The notes beneath the pieces are model-generated. The model made no database searches. It was given only the letters and a program-made list of their open reading frames with translations, and had not been told where the DNA came from. Positions 19,873 to 30,170 of a stretch of DNA of 64,000 bases are shown here, one piece after another; within the stretch, counting starts at the first letter, position 1, and each line of letters begins with the position of its first letter. Both the position numbers and the translations under genes were made by a program. The stretch lies in the sequence record MW349128.1; one strand, written 5' to 3'.

Positions 19873-19915
19873 TATTATAATTAATTTTTTTATTTGAAGG
19901 AGATGAAAAAGGTAG

Positions 19916-20542
19916 ATGAATTATTTCATGTTGGATTTTAGAGGTTTATTAAGAAATTTTAAAAATATTGATGCACTAAAATTACCATATAAACAAAATA
20001 AAGATAGTATTGATTCTCAAGAATTAAATATTATTTTATTTGAACAATTTTTCAATGAATTTTATACTGATAGAATGAGAAAAATAATTAAATATAACAC
20101 AATCACTATTGAATTGAATAGCTTAAGAAATATTATAGAATTTAAATACCATATAGTATCAAGAGGTAATATAGGTTTATTTAGAGAAGACGTATATGGA
20201 GATTATTATAGATTGACAGATAATATAGAAAATTCTAAAAATATATTTAATCTAATTAAAGAAGATATCAACAATTTAGATTTAGAATTTTCAAACCTAG
20301 AATTAATTATCGATATAAGTGAAAATAGGAATATCGTATTTGAATTAATTTCACATTGTAACTCTAAAGAAATTATCGAACCTATAAATAATAATATTGG
20401 ATATGATAATGGAAATAGTGCAAGAATGTATAAAGTTAATAATATGAGGCTATACAACTTTATGAATATTGTAAATAATAGAATACAAGAAATTAATGAA
20501 AAAGAATATAAAAATGAATTAATAAAAAGGGGATTTAAATAA
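19916..20542 (+). CDS. Hypothetical protein with shared C-terminal motif
   Basis: Ends INEKEYKNELIKRGFK. Confidence 0.7.
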   Translation: MNYFMLDFRGLLRNFKNIDALKLPYKQNKDSIDSQELNIILFEQFFNEFYTDRMRKIIKYNTITIELNSLRNIIEFKYHIVSRGNIGLFREDVYGDYYRLTDNIENSKNIFNLIKEDINNLDLEFSNLELIIDISENRNIVFELISHCNSKEIIEPINNNIGYDNGNSARMYKVNNMRLYNFMNIVNNRIQEINEKEYKNELIKRGFK

Positions 20543-20543
20543 T

Positions 20544-21083
20544 ATGGAAATCATTAAAAAATTTAGAATAGAACAAGACGGTCACTTTGATATATTTCAT
20601 TTAATAAGAGATGAAGGAGAAATTTCAGATAAGGAAATCATCGACACTTATATGTTTTATAGATTTAAACATAATGTAGAAACTACACCAGGAAATGTAT
20701 TGATTAATTTTAAATTGATAAATATGAATAATGAAGTAGTTAAACATATATCATTTGAGAATAGTCCTGAATGGGTTGAAGATAATCATTTAAATAATAT
20801 AATTCACGTTCATGAAAATGGAGAAGAATATACTAAAAATATTAGTTTCTTAGAAAGTAAAAATATGAATAAATTTATATTTAATAGCTATATACGTAAT
20901 ATTAAAGAAGATATGTATATAGTTTTTTCATACAATTTTGATTTTCTTCCAGAACATGATGGAGAGGAAGAAGATGTTATTTTCTATAGTTCTGATTATA
21001 ATTTATATGAATATAAAGGGTATATAGATGATATGTCTAAAGAAGAATACAAAAAATTTATAGTAAGAGAGACATTTAAATAA
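20544..21083 (+). CDS. Hypothetical protein with shared C-terminal motif
   Basis: Ends MSKEEYKKFIVRETFK. Confidence 0.7.
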   Translation: MEIIKKFRIEQDGHFDIFHLIRDEGEISDKEIIDTYMFYRFKHNVETTPGNVLINFKLINMNNEVVKHISFENSPEWVEDNHLNNIIHVHENGEEYTKNISFLESKNMNKFIFNSYIRNIKEDMYIVFSYNFDFLPEHDGEEEDVIFYSSDYNLYEYKGYIDDMSKEEYKKFIVRETFK

Positions 21084-21101
21084 GGAGATGAAATTGTTAT
21101 T

Positions 21102-21944
21102 ATGGAAATCATTAAAATAGATAAAAGACTAACTAAAAAGGATAATGAGAATACAAAATTGAATATGTTGTATAAAAATAATGAAGATGATAATTTTTAT
21201 AAATTCTTTATCAATTCTGTTGTAGATTATAATTCAAATTATAAAAATGATGGAAAATTTATGCCCCAAGTAGGTACAATATTTGTACATGATATTGTAC
21301 CTGAAGATGAAAGATATAGTGATAATTATTTTGACATAAGTGAAGTAATGCAATTATTTAATAAAAAATTATTTAGACATGTTAAAAAGGATATAGACAA
21401 TAGAATAGATATATTATATATAGAAAATCGTGGTACTAAAGAAAGTTATTATTTAATTTTATCTAATAAAGTAAATAAAAGAATATTAAATAGATTTAAA
21501 GAGTATCAATTTAAATTAGATAATTATGTAAAAGGTAAAAATAGAAAGCAAATCAATCCTTATCTTTTTAATAATTATTCATCTCCAAATAAATTATATG
21601 AAGTTATTTCAAAAACAATAACTTCATATATCAATATATCTAGGAGAGATCGTATAAATAATAAAGAAATGAAAAATATGAAATTCTTTTTAATTCCTAA
21701 TAAAGAAGAATTAAATAATTTCTTATCAGTTTTAATGAAAAAATATAATTATGAAATACTAAATTGCAATTTCTTTAGAGATAAAAAAGGTATTGAATTA
21801 TATTCTTTATATTTTAAAGATGAAGTAATAGATAATTTAGATTCTATATCATATAAAGATATTATTAATAAAAATAAAGAAAAAATAACTTTTGTACCAG
21901 AAGATGAATATAAGAAGATAGCAGTAAAAGAAAGTTTTAAATAG
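21102..21944 (+). CDS. Hypothetical protein with shared C-terminal motif
   Basis: Ends VPEDEYKKIAVKESFK. Confidence 0.7.
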   Translation: MEIIKIDKRLTKKDNENTKLNMLYKNNEDDNFYKFFINSVVDYNSNYKNDGKFMPQVGTIFVHDIVPEDERYSDNYFDISEVMQLFNKKLFRHVKKDIDNRIDILYIENRGTKESYYLILSNKVNKRILNRFKEYQFKLDNYVKGKNRKQINPYLFNNYSSPNKLYEVISKTITSYINISRRDRINNKEMKNMKFFLIPNKEELNNFLSVLMKKYNYEILNCNFFRDKKGIELYSLYFKDEVIDNLDSISYKDIINKNKEKITFVPEDEYKKIAVKESFK

Positions 21945-22021
21945 ATTATATAACATCTCATCCATAAATAATATAGTAACTTTTTATTATATTATAATAT
22001 AGAAATGGATGAGATGCTTTT

Positions 22022-22684
22022 ATGGTTAACTACTTATATCGTTTTAACAAAGAAAATGTAAATATATTTTATCATAAGAGAAGTGCCAATGGTAATAAAA
22101 AGATCTATGACTTTAATGATAATAAAGACAGATCAATTTATTTAATTAATTCTGATGAAGAAATTAATAATATGGAAAAAGCATCTAAATGTATAGCTAA
22201 TAAAATATTTGAAATTCTTAATAGAGAAAATATGAAAGTAGTTCATATGGATTTCTTTAATAGTAAATTAGAATTCTTTATTAGTAAAACATCTAAAAAT
22301 AGATATATAATGAATATGTATTTCAGTTTAAAAAGTTATTCAGATTTAATTGAAAACGAAAAAGAATTTATAGATAGTATACATGAAATTGATCTAGATT
22401 TTTTAAAATCTGTTTCTCTGGATCATTACAATACAGAGTATGTATTAGATTTGACATTAATATTTTTAATAGATAAAAATAAAATAGATGAATTTATAGA
22501 GAATTTATTTTACTCAAACTATATTAAGATCATTCAATTCATTTTGGATAATATTGCAGTATATGCAGATGATTATAATAAATTCAATAATGAGATAAAA
22601 GTTCTTTTGGATCATAGAAATTTTATAGAAAGTATAGATAAAAAAGAATATAAATCAATATTAACTAAAGAATTATTTATATAA
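22022..22684 (+). CDS. Hypothetical protein with shared C-terminal motif
   Basis: Ends IDKKEYKSILTKELFI. Confidence 0.7.
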   Translation: MVNYLYRFNKENVNIFYHKRSANGNKKIYDFNDNKDRSIYLINSDEEINNMEKASKCIANKIFEILNRENMKVVHMDFFNSKLEFFISKTSKNRYIMNMYFSLKSYSDLIENEKEFIDSIHEIDLDFLKSVSLDHYNTEYVLDLTLIFLIDKNKIDEFIENLFYSNYIKIIQFILDNIAVYADDYNKFNNEIKVLLDHRNFIESIDKKEYKSILTKELFI

Positions 22685-22697
22685 TAATAGAAAGAAA

Positions 22698-23396
22698 GTG
22701 ATTAATATCAGAATACTTAAAGAAAAAGAACTAATAGGTCCTAGAGTAATTCCTTTAAGTTTTAATCAATTATGTGATCTATATAAAGATAATCCAGTTT
22801 ATTTAAGAATACCAAACATGGTTAATAATTTTAATAAATCAGTAAAATTAAATGACATGCATCTAGACTATTTAAAAACTTTTATAAATAAAGAAACTAT
22901 AGTTGATATACTGAAATCTTTAAATGATTATAATAATATGGATTATTATAACAATGAAGACTTTTTAAATATAGTGTTATATAAAAGTAATTACAATAGA
23001 CCTTATAATCCTAATGATGAAAGAGCATTATTAAATATGAGCTTTGAATTCATGATTAGTAATAAAGAACAAAAAGAACAAGCTGAATTATTAATAAAAA
23101 ATATTCATAAAGAAATAAAATATTTAAGGGATAAGTATACCTATATATTTACATTAAGTAAACCTAAAAATAGAAAACGAGATAGAATAATAATTAATAT
23201 AAAGAATTATAATGATGAAGACACTTTTTCTATAATAGATTTGATAAGTAATTTAGGAGAAGAATATTGTAAGAAAAGTCCTATTTTTAATACATTGACT
23301 TATGCATTAATGTCTAATTATAATTTTGATTTTATAGAAGAAGATGAATTCAAAGATATAGAAAGAAAAGCAAAAATTAAAAATGCATTTATTTAA
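22698..23396 (+). CDS. Hypothetical protein with shared C-terminal motif (variant)
   Basis: Ends IEEDEFKDIERKAKIKNAFI. Confidence 0.7.
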   Translation: MINIRILKEKELIGPRVIPLSFNQLCDLYKDNPVYLRIPNMVNNFNKSVKLNDMHLDYLKTFINKETIVDILKSLNDYNNMDYYNNEDFLNIVLYKSNYNRPYNPNDERALLNMSFEFMISNKEQKEQAELLIKNIHKEIKYLRDKYTYIFTLSKPKNRKRDRIIINIKNYNDEDTFSIIDLISNLGEEYCKKSPIFNTLTYALMSNYNFDFIEEDEFKDIERKAKIKNAFI

Positions 23397-23412
23397 TGTT
23401 TATTAATAACAT

Positions 23413-23444
23413 TCACATATCTTAATTAATTTTAAGATATGTGA
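23413..23444 (+). terminator. Probable intrinsic terminator
   Basis: Stem tcacatatcttaa/ttaagatatgtga plus a long T tract. Confidence 0.7.
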
Positions 23445-23487
23445 TTTATTTTTTTTTATCAGAAATTGTATTTTTTAGATTAATATG

Positions 23488-23499
23488 AACAATTTTTTA
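23488..23499 (+). promoter_or_regulatory. Putative late promoter AACA-N6-TA. Other + copies: 44967, 52326, 54101, 54157, 58027, 59613. Minus copies: 27756, 29612, 30711, 30920, 31412, 41122, 52300
   Basis: Exact AACA-N6-TA match upstream of structural genes. This is the established AR9 nvRNAP late consensus. Confidence 0.7.
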
Positions 23500-23585
23500 T
23501 TAATCTGTACACGTATTTAGAAAAATAACAAAACATAATTTTTATATCATTATATAAATATTTTGAAAAAGGAGAATTACTTATT

Positions 23586-24197
23586 ATGGAAAAACAAAAT
23601 GCAATTCAAGAAGAGTTAGAACAACTTTTCGAACAAGCTCAGGAAGAAGCTCTTGAAGAACAATTCGAAAGTATCATTGAATCAGCAGATGAAGATGAAA
23701 GTAAATCTAAAGAAGATTCTGAAACAAAATCTGATGAAGATGATGATGAAACTTCAGTAGAAGAACAATTCGAAAGTATCATTGAATCAGCAGATGAAGA
23801 TGATTCTGAAGATGATGAAGATTCAGTTGAAGAGTCTGATGAAGATGATTCTGAAGATGATGAAGATTCAGTTGAAGAAGACGAAGATGAAGATTCTGAA
23901 GATGATGAGGATTCAGTTGAAGAAGACGAAGATGAAGATTCTGAAGATGATGAAGATTCATTAGAAGAAGAATTAGAACGTCTATTCGAAGAAAATGAAA
24001 AGCCTGAGATGGATGTTTCTAAACAAACAACTAAAGCTAACAAAATGAATTCAGAAAAATCTCCAGATTCTAAAGAACACCCAGAAGAAGATGTAGATAA
24101 AATTACTAAAGAAGATGAAGACGAAGAAGAAGATTCAGAAGATGAAGAAAGCACAAACGAATCATTAGAAGAATCATTAGATCGTATCTTTGGATAA
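23586..24197 (+). CDS. Highly acidic repeat protein, possible internal head or scaffold protein
   Basis: Repeats EEQFESIIESADED x2 and SEDDEDS(V/L)EE x4. Late promoter upstream. Confidence 0.7.
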   Translation: MEKQNAIQEELEQLFEQAQEEALEEQFESIIESADEDESKSKEDSETKSDEDDDETSVEEQFESIIESADEDDSEDDEDSVEESDEDDSEDDEDSVEEDEDEDSEDDEDSVEEDEDEDSEDDEDSLEEELERLFEENEKPEMDVSKQTTKANKMNSEKSPDSKEHPEEDVDKITKEDEDEEEDSEDEESTNESLEESLDRIFG

Positions 24198-24215
24198 TTA
24201 AAATTTAAAAATATA

Positions 24216-24245
24216 TCCCCTAACCTATTAATTTAGGTTAGGGGA
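24216..24245. terminator. Bidirectional terminator between convergent genes
   Basis: Stem tcccctaaccta/taggttagggga. Confidence 0.75.
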
Positions 24246-24261
24246 ATTTTATTATTTTTTT

Positions 24262-24696
24262 TTAATATATACGATTACCAAAAGCATCAATACCATCTAA
24301 AGGATTTGTTTTGCTACCTAATGACTGGAAGTCGTCTCCACCATAAGTTCCTTTAAAGTTTGTATCTACACCTTTAGATAACTCTTCACTCATAAGATTC
24401 ATATTCTTAATACGATCTATTTTACGTCTTTGATGATCTTCAATATCAGATTCTGACATTAATCTATTTTCATCAATTTCTTCATTTTCTTTTAATTTAG
24501 TTACCGGTTTAAATCCTTCCATAACTACATAAAATTTATCTATTTGATCTTTATATTTAAAAGGTATTTTTGTTTTTAAATGTAAAGTTGTAGGTTCATC
24601 TTCATATTGAAGAGTTTCATAGTCAATAATATTTCCTTCTTTATCAACTGTTACCGCTAAATCTAACATAACTTCTTCTTTATTTTCTTCTGACAA
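24262..24696 (-). CDS. Hypothetical (tail-associated) protein
   Basis: 144 aa, downstream of the tail fibre-like gene. Confidence 0.65.
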   Translation of the reverse strand: MSEENKEEVMLDLAVTVDKEGNIIDYETLQYEDEPTTLHLKTKIPFKYKDQIDKFYVVMEGFKPVTKLKENEEIDENRLMSESDIEDHQRRKIDRIKNMNLMSEELSKGVDTNFKGTYGGDDFQSLGSKTNPLDGIDAFGNRIY

Positions 24697-24717
24697 AGTT
24701 CTTCATCCTTTCATATA

Positions 24718-27714
24718 TTAATTTCTACCATAAATATAAGAGTTTAAGAACCAAGCATTACCTTTTTGACCCGGTTTAACTCTAGCTCTAATAGCAATGG
24801 ATGCTATAGATTGGTGAGGAGTTCCCATATCTACTCTTATCTCTTTAAATTTAGTCTTAGTTACACTAGTTGAAGTATCTTTAGCTATAGAAATAGTTTT
24901 ATCAAAGATAACACCATTTTGTTCATTAAATGAATCTACTTTAATATCTATTCCACATTGTGGAGTAGCATACCAAATACCTATATGCAACCATCTAGTT
25001 TCATGTTGACCGTATAGAGTCATTGCACGTCTGAAATAACTACCTGTAGTTTTATCACTAAACATAAATGCATTACCAACATTTTTAAATCTAGGTGTAC
25101 CATTAGACATTAAATCTTGTACCCCTGGTTCTGAACGTACATAAGCTGTAGCAAACTGAGGCATACCATTGTATATAATATAACCTCCATCTGGACGTTT
25201 TATCGTCATACCACCTTTAACTTGTCCCATTGCATCCATCATAGTTTGGATAACTATATTTTTAGACATCAAATTAGTAATAGAAGCTTCTTTAATAGTA
25301 GCTCTACCATTTTGAATAATAACGTCTCCATCATTAATATTAACCATATTAGATTTAAGAGCAATACTATTAGGATCAATATCAAAAGTAGATAGCTTAT
25401 CATTTGAACTAGATGACATAGAAATACCGTTTGCTAATATAGATAATGCAGAACCCATTTTTTCCATTTTAGATTTATCTGCATTATATGTTTCTTTTGT
25501 TACAGATAAGTCTATTTTAGATTCAGTTTGACTGATTCTACTTTCCATATTAGTTATTCTAGCATTACTATCATTTATTGAAGGTTGCCAAGCAGTAGCT
25601 TTATTACCTTCTTCTACTTTTAATCCTTCTACATCTACAGATAATGGGAATGCACCATTACGATTAATAACCATTTCTATAAGATTACTAGCTGTGAAAC
25701 TGTCATTAGGTATAAATACAACTTCAATAAATGTTAATGATGTTGTATCGTTAAATGTAATACTTCTAGAATCACTTCCAATTTTATTACCATTAACAGA
25801 ACAAGAAGTTACAGAAGCATTAGGAATATTAATATCAACATTTGTAAGTGTCCCAGTTTTCTTTTCTAAATTAAAACCTAATACATGTTCACGTCTATTT
25901 CTCACTTTATCTAATTTAAATTTAATACCTTGTCCGTTAGCAGTTAAAGCTACATTCATTTCACCGTTCTCTTTATAAGTATTCTTATTTAGAGTTGCAG
26001 ATCCTATAGCTAAAATATTTTCATAACTTACTAAGTTCATTCCACCTACAGTGATTTTGCTAGCTTCATCAACTGCATATCCATTAGAAATATTATCTAC
26101 TGCCTTTTGAATAGATGATTTAATATTTGACTGTGCTTCATTATATCTTAAGAAATTTGTATTAAATTGAGCTACTTCTTCTTTAGTAGCTATTCCATCT
26201 GAAATTGTATTAGTTATATCTTGTAGTAATATATTATATTTTTCATTGAATAAATCATAATTATTTTTCAATTCAGTTTTAACACTATTTGTCATCATTT
26301 TATTTGCATATAATGAATTAAATATTTGATCTATTTCTTTTTTATCTTTATCAATGATATTCTTTTGCTTTTCAATAGCTATTTTTTCTGCATTAGATAT
26401 AATACCATCTTTAAAAGCTTCAGTAACAGTATCTCCTAATCCAATGGCATTCTCTTCAATATTATCTATTTTACTATTGATATCTTTGTTATAATTCTCT
26501 AACATATTATCAAAGTCTTCTGGAGCAGGAGTCCAGTCAGATGATACACTACCTCTTTCAACTTTAACACTAGATATATCAAATGTACCATTTAATTGAT
26601 TTAAATTAGTATCCACACCAATTAATAATTTTGTACTATTTCTTCCAGTTAAAGTTTGTTTATATACAAATGAATATCTATGCCATTCTTCATCAATATC
26701 TAAATATTTTTCAGAAATAGGTGTAGTATAATTACCTGAAGGATCAATAAAGTAACAATGATCAAGTCTATTAAATGTATCTGATCTAAAATCAAATGAA
26801 ATAGTATAAGTCTCATTATATTTTAAAGGGAAAGAATTATAGCTTATAGCTCCAACTTCTCCTTCTATTCCATCGGTATTAATAGTAAAATAACTCTTAC
26901 CGTTATTATCTTGACCGAATGTTAAAGCATTCTCTTTAGTTGAAGATAAACTTTCAGGGTATAATAACCAATTACCTTTAATAGCTAATGAATTTTCTAG
27001 TAAGTTTTTACCACCAATAGTAATTCCGTCAATTTCTGATTTAGAAACAGTCTGTTCTATTAAATCTGCAAACTGAGATACTTGACTTTCAAATTCAGTT
27101 ACTTTATTATTCATAGTATCTATATCAGCTCTAGTAACTGTATCTTGTAAAACTCTAGCTGTTTGTTCTCTAAATGATTCTAATTTAGTAATACTTTGAT
27201 TAATTTCATTAAGTGTGTAATCAGTAGCAATACTCTTAATAGACTCAGCTGTTTGTTCAACTTTAGTACTTAAATATTGTATAGATGATTCATATTTATT
27301 AACTTTAGACATAGTTGAAGAAATTGATTCTTCATTAGCTGAGACTCTGCCATTAAGGTTTTCTAAATTACCTTTAATATCAGAATCCCAACCACCTTCA
27401 GCTAATCTATCAATATAGTCAATACTTAATTTTTGATATTTTCTTAATTCTGTTTTAAGTGTATCAAGTGTAACATAATTAGAAAGATCTAAATCAATAT
27501 CATGACTACCATCTAAATTTCTTAATTTTTCTATTAAGTTATCATTTTCTTTATCAATATTATCCAGATTTTCATTAAGTACATTAATCTTATTCTTATT
27601 ATCTTCTGATAAATTCTTAATACTATCTTGATCTTGAACTAAAGAATTTATCTTAGACTTAATAGAATTCATCTCTTCACTTATTTGTAAGAGATTTTTA
27701 TCTTTATCTTCCAT
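24718..27714 (-). CDS. Tail fibre / receptor-binding-like protein (998 aa)
   Basis: Coiled-coil stretches plus two modules of the form IGGKNLL...KVERG..SDWTPAPED. Late promoter at 27756. Confidence 0.7.
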   Translation of the reverse strand: MEDKDKNLLQISEEMNSIKSKINSLVQDQDSIKNLSEDNKNKINVLNENLDNIDKENDNLIEKLRNLDGSHDIDLDLSNYVTLDTLKTELRKYQKLSIDYIDRLAEGGWDSDIKGNLENLNGRVSANEESISSTMSKVNKYESSIQYLSTKVEQTAESIKSIATDYTLNEINQSITKLESFREQTARVLQDTVTRADIDTMNNKVTEFESQVSQFADLIEQTVSKSEIDGITIGGKNLLENSLAIKGNWLLYPESLSSTKENALTFGQDNNGKSYFTINTDGIEGEVGAISYNSFPLKYNETYTISFDFRSDTFNRLDHCYFIDPSGNYTTPISEKYLDIDEEWHRYSFVYKQTLTGRNSTKLLIGVDTNLNQLNGTFDISSVKVERGSVSSDWTPAPEDFDNMLENYNKDINSKIDNIEENAIGLGDTVTEAFKDGIISNAEKIAIEKQKNIIDKDKKEIDQIFNSLYANKMMTNSVKTELKNNYDLFNEKYNILLQDITNTISDGIATKEEVAQFNTNFLRYNEAQSNIKSSIQKAVDNISNGYAVDEASKITVGGMNLVSYENILAIGSATLNKNTYKENGEMNVALTANGQGIKFKLDKVRNRREHVLGFNLEKKTGTLTNVDINIPNASVTSCSVNGNKIGSDSRSITFNDTTSLTFIEVVFIPNDSFTASNLIEMVINRNGAFPLSVDVEGLKVEEGNKATAWQPSINDSNARITNMESRISQTESKIDLSVTKETYNADKSKMEKMGSALSILANGISMSSSSNDKLSTFDIDPNSIALKSNMVNINDGDVIIQNGRATIKEASITNLMSKNIVIQTMMDAMGQVKGGMTIKRPDGGYIIYNGMPQFATAYVRSEPGVQDLMSNGTPRFKNVGNAFMFSDKTTGSYFRRAMTLYGQHETRWLHIGIWYATPQCGIDIKVDSFNEQNGVIFDKTISIAKDTSTSVTKTKFKEIRVDMGTPHQSIASIAIRARVKPGQKGNAWFLNSYIYGRN

Positions 27715-27793
27715 TATGAATATTCACCAAACTTTCGCTCCTATTTTTATTATTATAAGAGAATGTTTTACTAGTTTTAATAGTATTCATGTA

Positions 27794-28309
27794 TTAAATA
27801 AATAATGAAAGATTGATTGCATTAGTATAAGGATCTGATAATTTATATACATAAATATTTGTAATCATTAAATCTTTCATTTCTAGCTCATTATCTTTTA
27901 ATAATCTATCTAATTCACTATCATCTTTAATAGAATCAAAAATAGCTTTACCTATATATTTTAAAACTTCTCTATCAAGCTTATCAGCTACATCTTTTTC
28001 ATAATTATCTATATAACTTTGATAATCACTTTCACTACCTTCAAAGCTTTGTTTATTCTTAGCAGATAGTTCACTATCATCTAACTTAATAACAAATACA
28101 GGTTTTTTAACATCAATAAATTTTTCAGCTTGTTTAGATCTAAAGCTAAAGTTTTCAGAATCATTAATTACATCTCGAATAATATCAATTGTATTTTCTA
28201 CATCTACATAATTCATAATATTATTTCTAATTCTCATTAATAATTGTAAATCTCTAATATCTTTTTCTTCTCCGATTAATACATCTCTACTATTTTTCAT
28301 TTCAGCCAT
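27794..28309 (-). CDS. Hypothetical protein
   Basis: 171-aa ORF. Confidence 0.65.
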   Translation of the reverse strand: MAEMKNSRDVLIGEEKDIRDLQLLMRIRNNIMNYVDVENTIDIIRDVINDSENFSFRSKQAEKFIDVKKPVFVIKLDDSELSAKNKQSFEGSESDYQSYIDNYEKDVADKLDREVLKYIGKAIFDSIKDDSELDRLLKDNELEMKDLMITNIYVYKLSDPYTNAINLSLFI

Positions 28310-28310
28310 T

Positions 28311-28940
28311 TTATAAAATACCTCTTTCTTTATACATTTTAATTTTTTCTATTAATTCTTTATATTGCTCTTTTTCTTCTTTAGTTAATGAACCTTTTTC
28401 ATAATCTTTATGATCTTCATGATAAGTCAGTTTTATGTAAGTCTTATCTTTAAAATCATATGAGTATTTTTTCTCTGCATTAATTTTAACAATTTGTGCA
28501 TCATCTTTCCAAAATATATCATTCATAATATCGAATATAGTTTTTTGAAAATTATCTGTATCAGGCGTTTTAACTCTAAAAACTTTACCTAATAATTTAT
28601 ATAATATTTTTTTAATAGAGTCTGTATTGTTAACTGGATTACATTCTACTATTAAAGTTATATCTATTGCATTATTGAAATTTTCTTTAACTAACTCATT
28701 TATATCATCATTTATTATTAATAAATTTTTAAACATATCTTCTAATACTTTTTTATAAGCATGTAGAGGATCATACATTCTATAACCATTTCTACGGTGT
28801 CTTAAGTATTGATAAACTTCATGGTCTTCAATATCTATTATAATAGAATTTTCTTTTTTATTCATATTTATATTACATTTTTTAGCTTCTTCAATTTTGT
28901 CTAGTATTTTTTTAGGAACTTCTTTTTTCTTTTTTGCCAC
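28311..28940 (-). CDS. rusA: RusA-like Holliday junction resolvase
   Basis: KTPDTDNFQKTIFDIMNDIFWKDDAQIV matches the RusA KPD.DN..K...D......DD.QIV signature. Confidence 0.8.
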   Translation of the reverse strand: MAKKKKEVPKKILDKIEEAKKCNINMNKKENSIIIDIEDHEVYQYLRHRRNGYRMYDPLHAYKKVLEDMFKNLLIINDDINELVKENFNNAIDITLIVECNPVNNTDSIKKILYKLLGKVFRVKTPDTDNFQKTIFDIMNDIFWKDDAQIVKINAEKKYSYDFKDKTYIKLTYHEDHKDYEKGSLTKEEKEQYKELIEKIKMYKERGIL

Positions 28941-29017
28941 CCCTAAACTCCCTTTCTAAGTAACACATTAATTTATAATATTAACGTTATATATGTATTA
29001 AAAATTTTTATAAAATA

Positions 29018-29047
29018 ACGGTAACACTCAGTTAAGAGCGTTACCGT
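29018..29047 (-). terminator. Probable terminator after holin
   Basis: Stem acggtaac.ctc/gag.gttaccgt, with a T-rich tail on the minus strand. Confidence 0.6.
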
Positions 29048-29069
29048 AAATTATATTTATTATTGATTT

Positions 29070-29594
29070 TTAATTATCTTCAGAAGAAGATCCTCCACCA
29101 AATATTTCTGGATTGTAATTAGAATCTATATTAACTTCATTATCAATAGTTTCATTACCTACTGATCCACCACCAAAATTACTTTCATTGGAATTTTGAT
29201 TGTTTTGCAAGTTTGTAGTTTCTTGGTTGTTGTTTTGCTCCAAAAAAGGTTTAACTGGAGGTAAAACTGAACCATCATAATCCATTGCTTGAAGAGATTT
29301 TTCATCATTTGTAGTTAATCGAGTTTTAGCTAAGTTACGTTCAGAGTCTGCTGTTCCACTAGTTGTAGGATCCATAAATCTACCTACTATACTTGAAATG
29401 GCCATTGCTGCAACTTGAATAATACTACCTATATTTTCTTCAGTACTACCTGAAACATTCCCACCAAATGCTCTAATCATAAAAATTACAAAGTTTACAA
29501 TTTGAACTAATAATGCTGCTGTCCAAGTAGTATTTTTAAATCTTAAAGCTACATTAATATATTTATCTTTACCTACTTTTAAATTCTTTGCCAT
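29070..29594 (-). CDS. Holin (phi LC3-like family) with long Asn-rich tail
   Basis: VALRFKNTTWTAALLVQIV resembles VRFKN..FW of the family. Two TMs, then DPTTSG..DS. Confidence 0.7.
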   Translation of the reverse strand: MAKNLKVGKDKYINVALRFKNTTWTAALLVQIVNFVIFMIRAFGGNVSGSTEENIGSIIQVAAMAISSIVGRFMDPTTSGTADSERNLAKTRLTTNDEKSLQAMDYDGSVLPPVKPFLEQNNNQETTNLQNNQNSNESNFGGGSVGNETIDNEVNIDSNYNPEIFGGGSSSEDN

Positions 29595-29621
29595 TAAATT
29601 TTCCTACTTTCTATATTATTG

Positions 29622-30170
29622 TTACCAAAATTTTTGGATTAAATATAAAACAACTGAAGGTGATAGTAATACCGTTAGTATAGTTAAAGAAGCATTACGT
29701 CTAAAAGCTTTGGTCTCTTTGTCACTATCATTTTCAGCCTTTTCTATATCATCAAATTTAGTCTCAAAATCATCAATATTAAGTTTTGTATCTAACCCTA
29801 ATTTAACTTCTTTAATTTCATCACTAAGTTTTCTCTCTACAGTCTCTACATTATCATTCAATTCATCTTTGACAGACATTATTTGTTTTTCTAAATCATT
29901 ATGTCTTCTAATTCTGTCTTCTTCTTCTAATTTTCTGACTGCACGATCTTCTTTCATTTCTTTTCTAATTTCTTCTGTATTTTTCCCCATATTTTCTAAT
30001 AGTACTTCAACTCTCACTAAAGTATTATTAGTTTTAACATTGTCTGTTTTTATATCTTCAATTTTTTTATCGAATTTTTCTTCTATTTCCTCTTTTAAAG
30101 AATTATTAACTTTATATAGGTCTAACTCTGTTATATTTTTGTTATTTTGAAAATGTTTATTTTCGGACAT
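29622..30170 (-). CDS. Coiled-coil protein with C-terminal membrane anchor
   Basis: Heptad-rich body and a hydrophobic C-terminus, next to the holin. Confidence 0.65.
   Translation of the reverse strand: MSENKHFQNNKNITELDLYKVNNSLKEEIEEKFDKKIEDIKTDNVKTNNTLVRVEVLLENMGKNTEEIRKEMKEDRAVRKLEEEDRIRRHNDLEKQIMSVKDELNDNVETVERKLSDEIKEVKLGLDTKLNIDDFETKFDDIEKAENDSDKETKAFRRNASLTILTVLLSPSVVLYLIQKFW

Noticed and set aside
23639-24154. Ser-rich minus-strand ORF (and 23779..23964 alternative frames)
   Set aside because: These are antisense or frame shadows of the GAA/GAT repeat gene, with no RBS.
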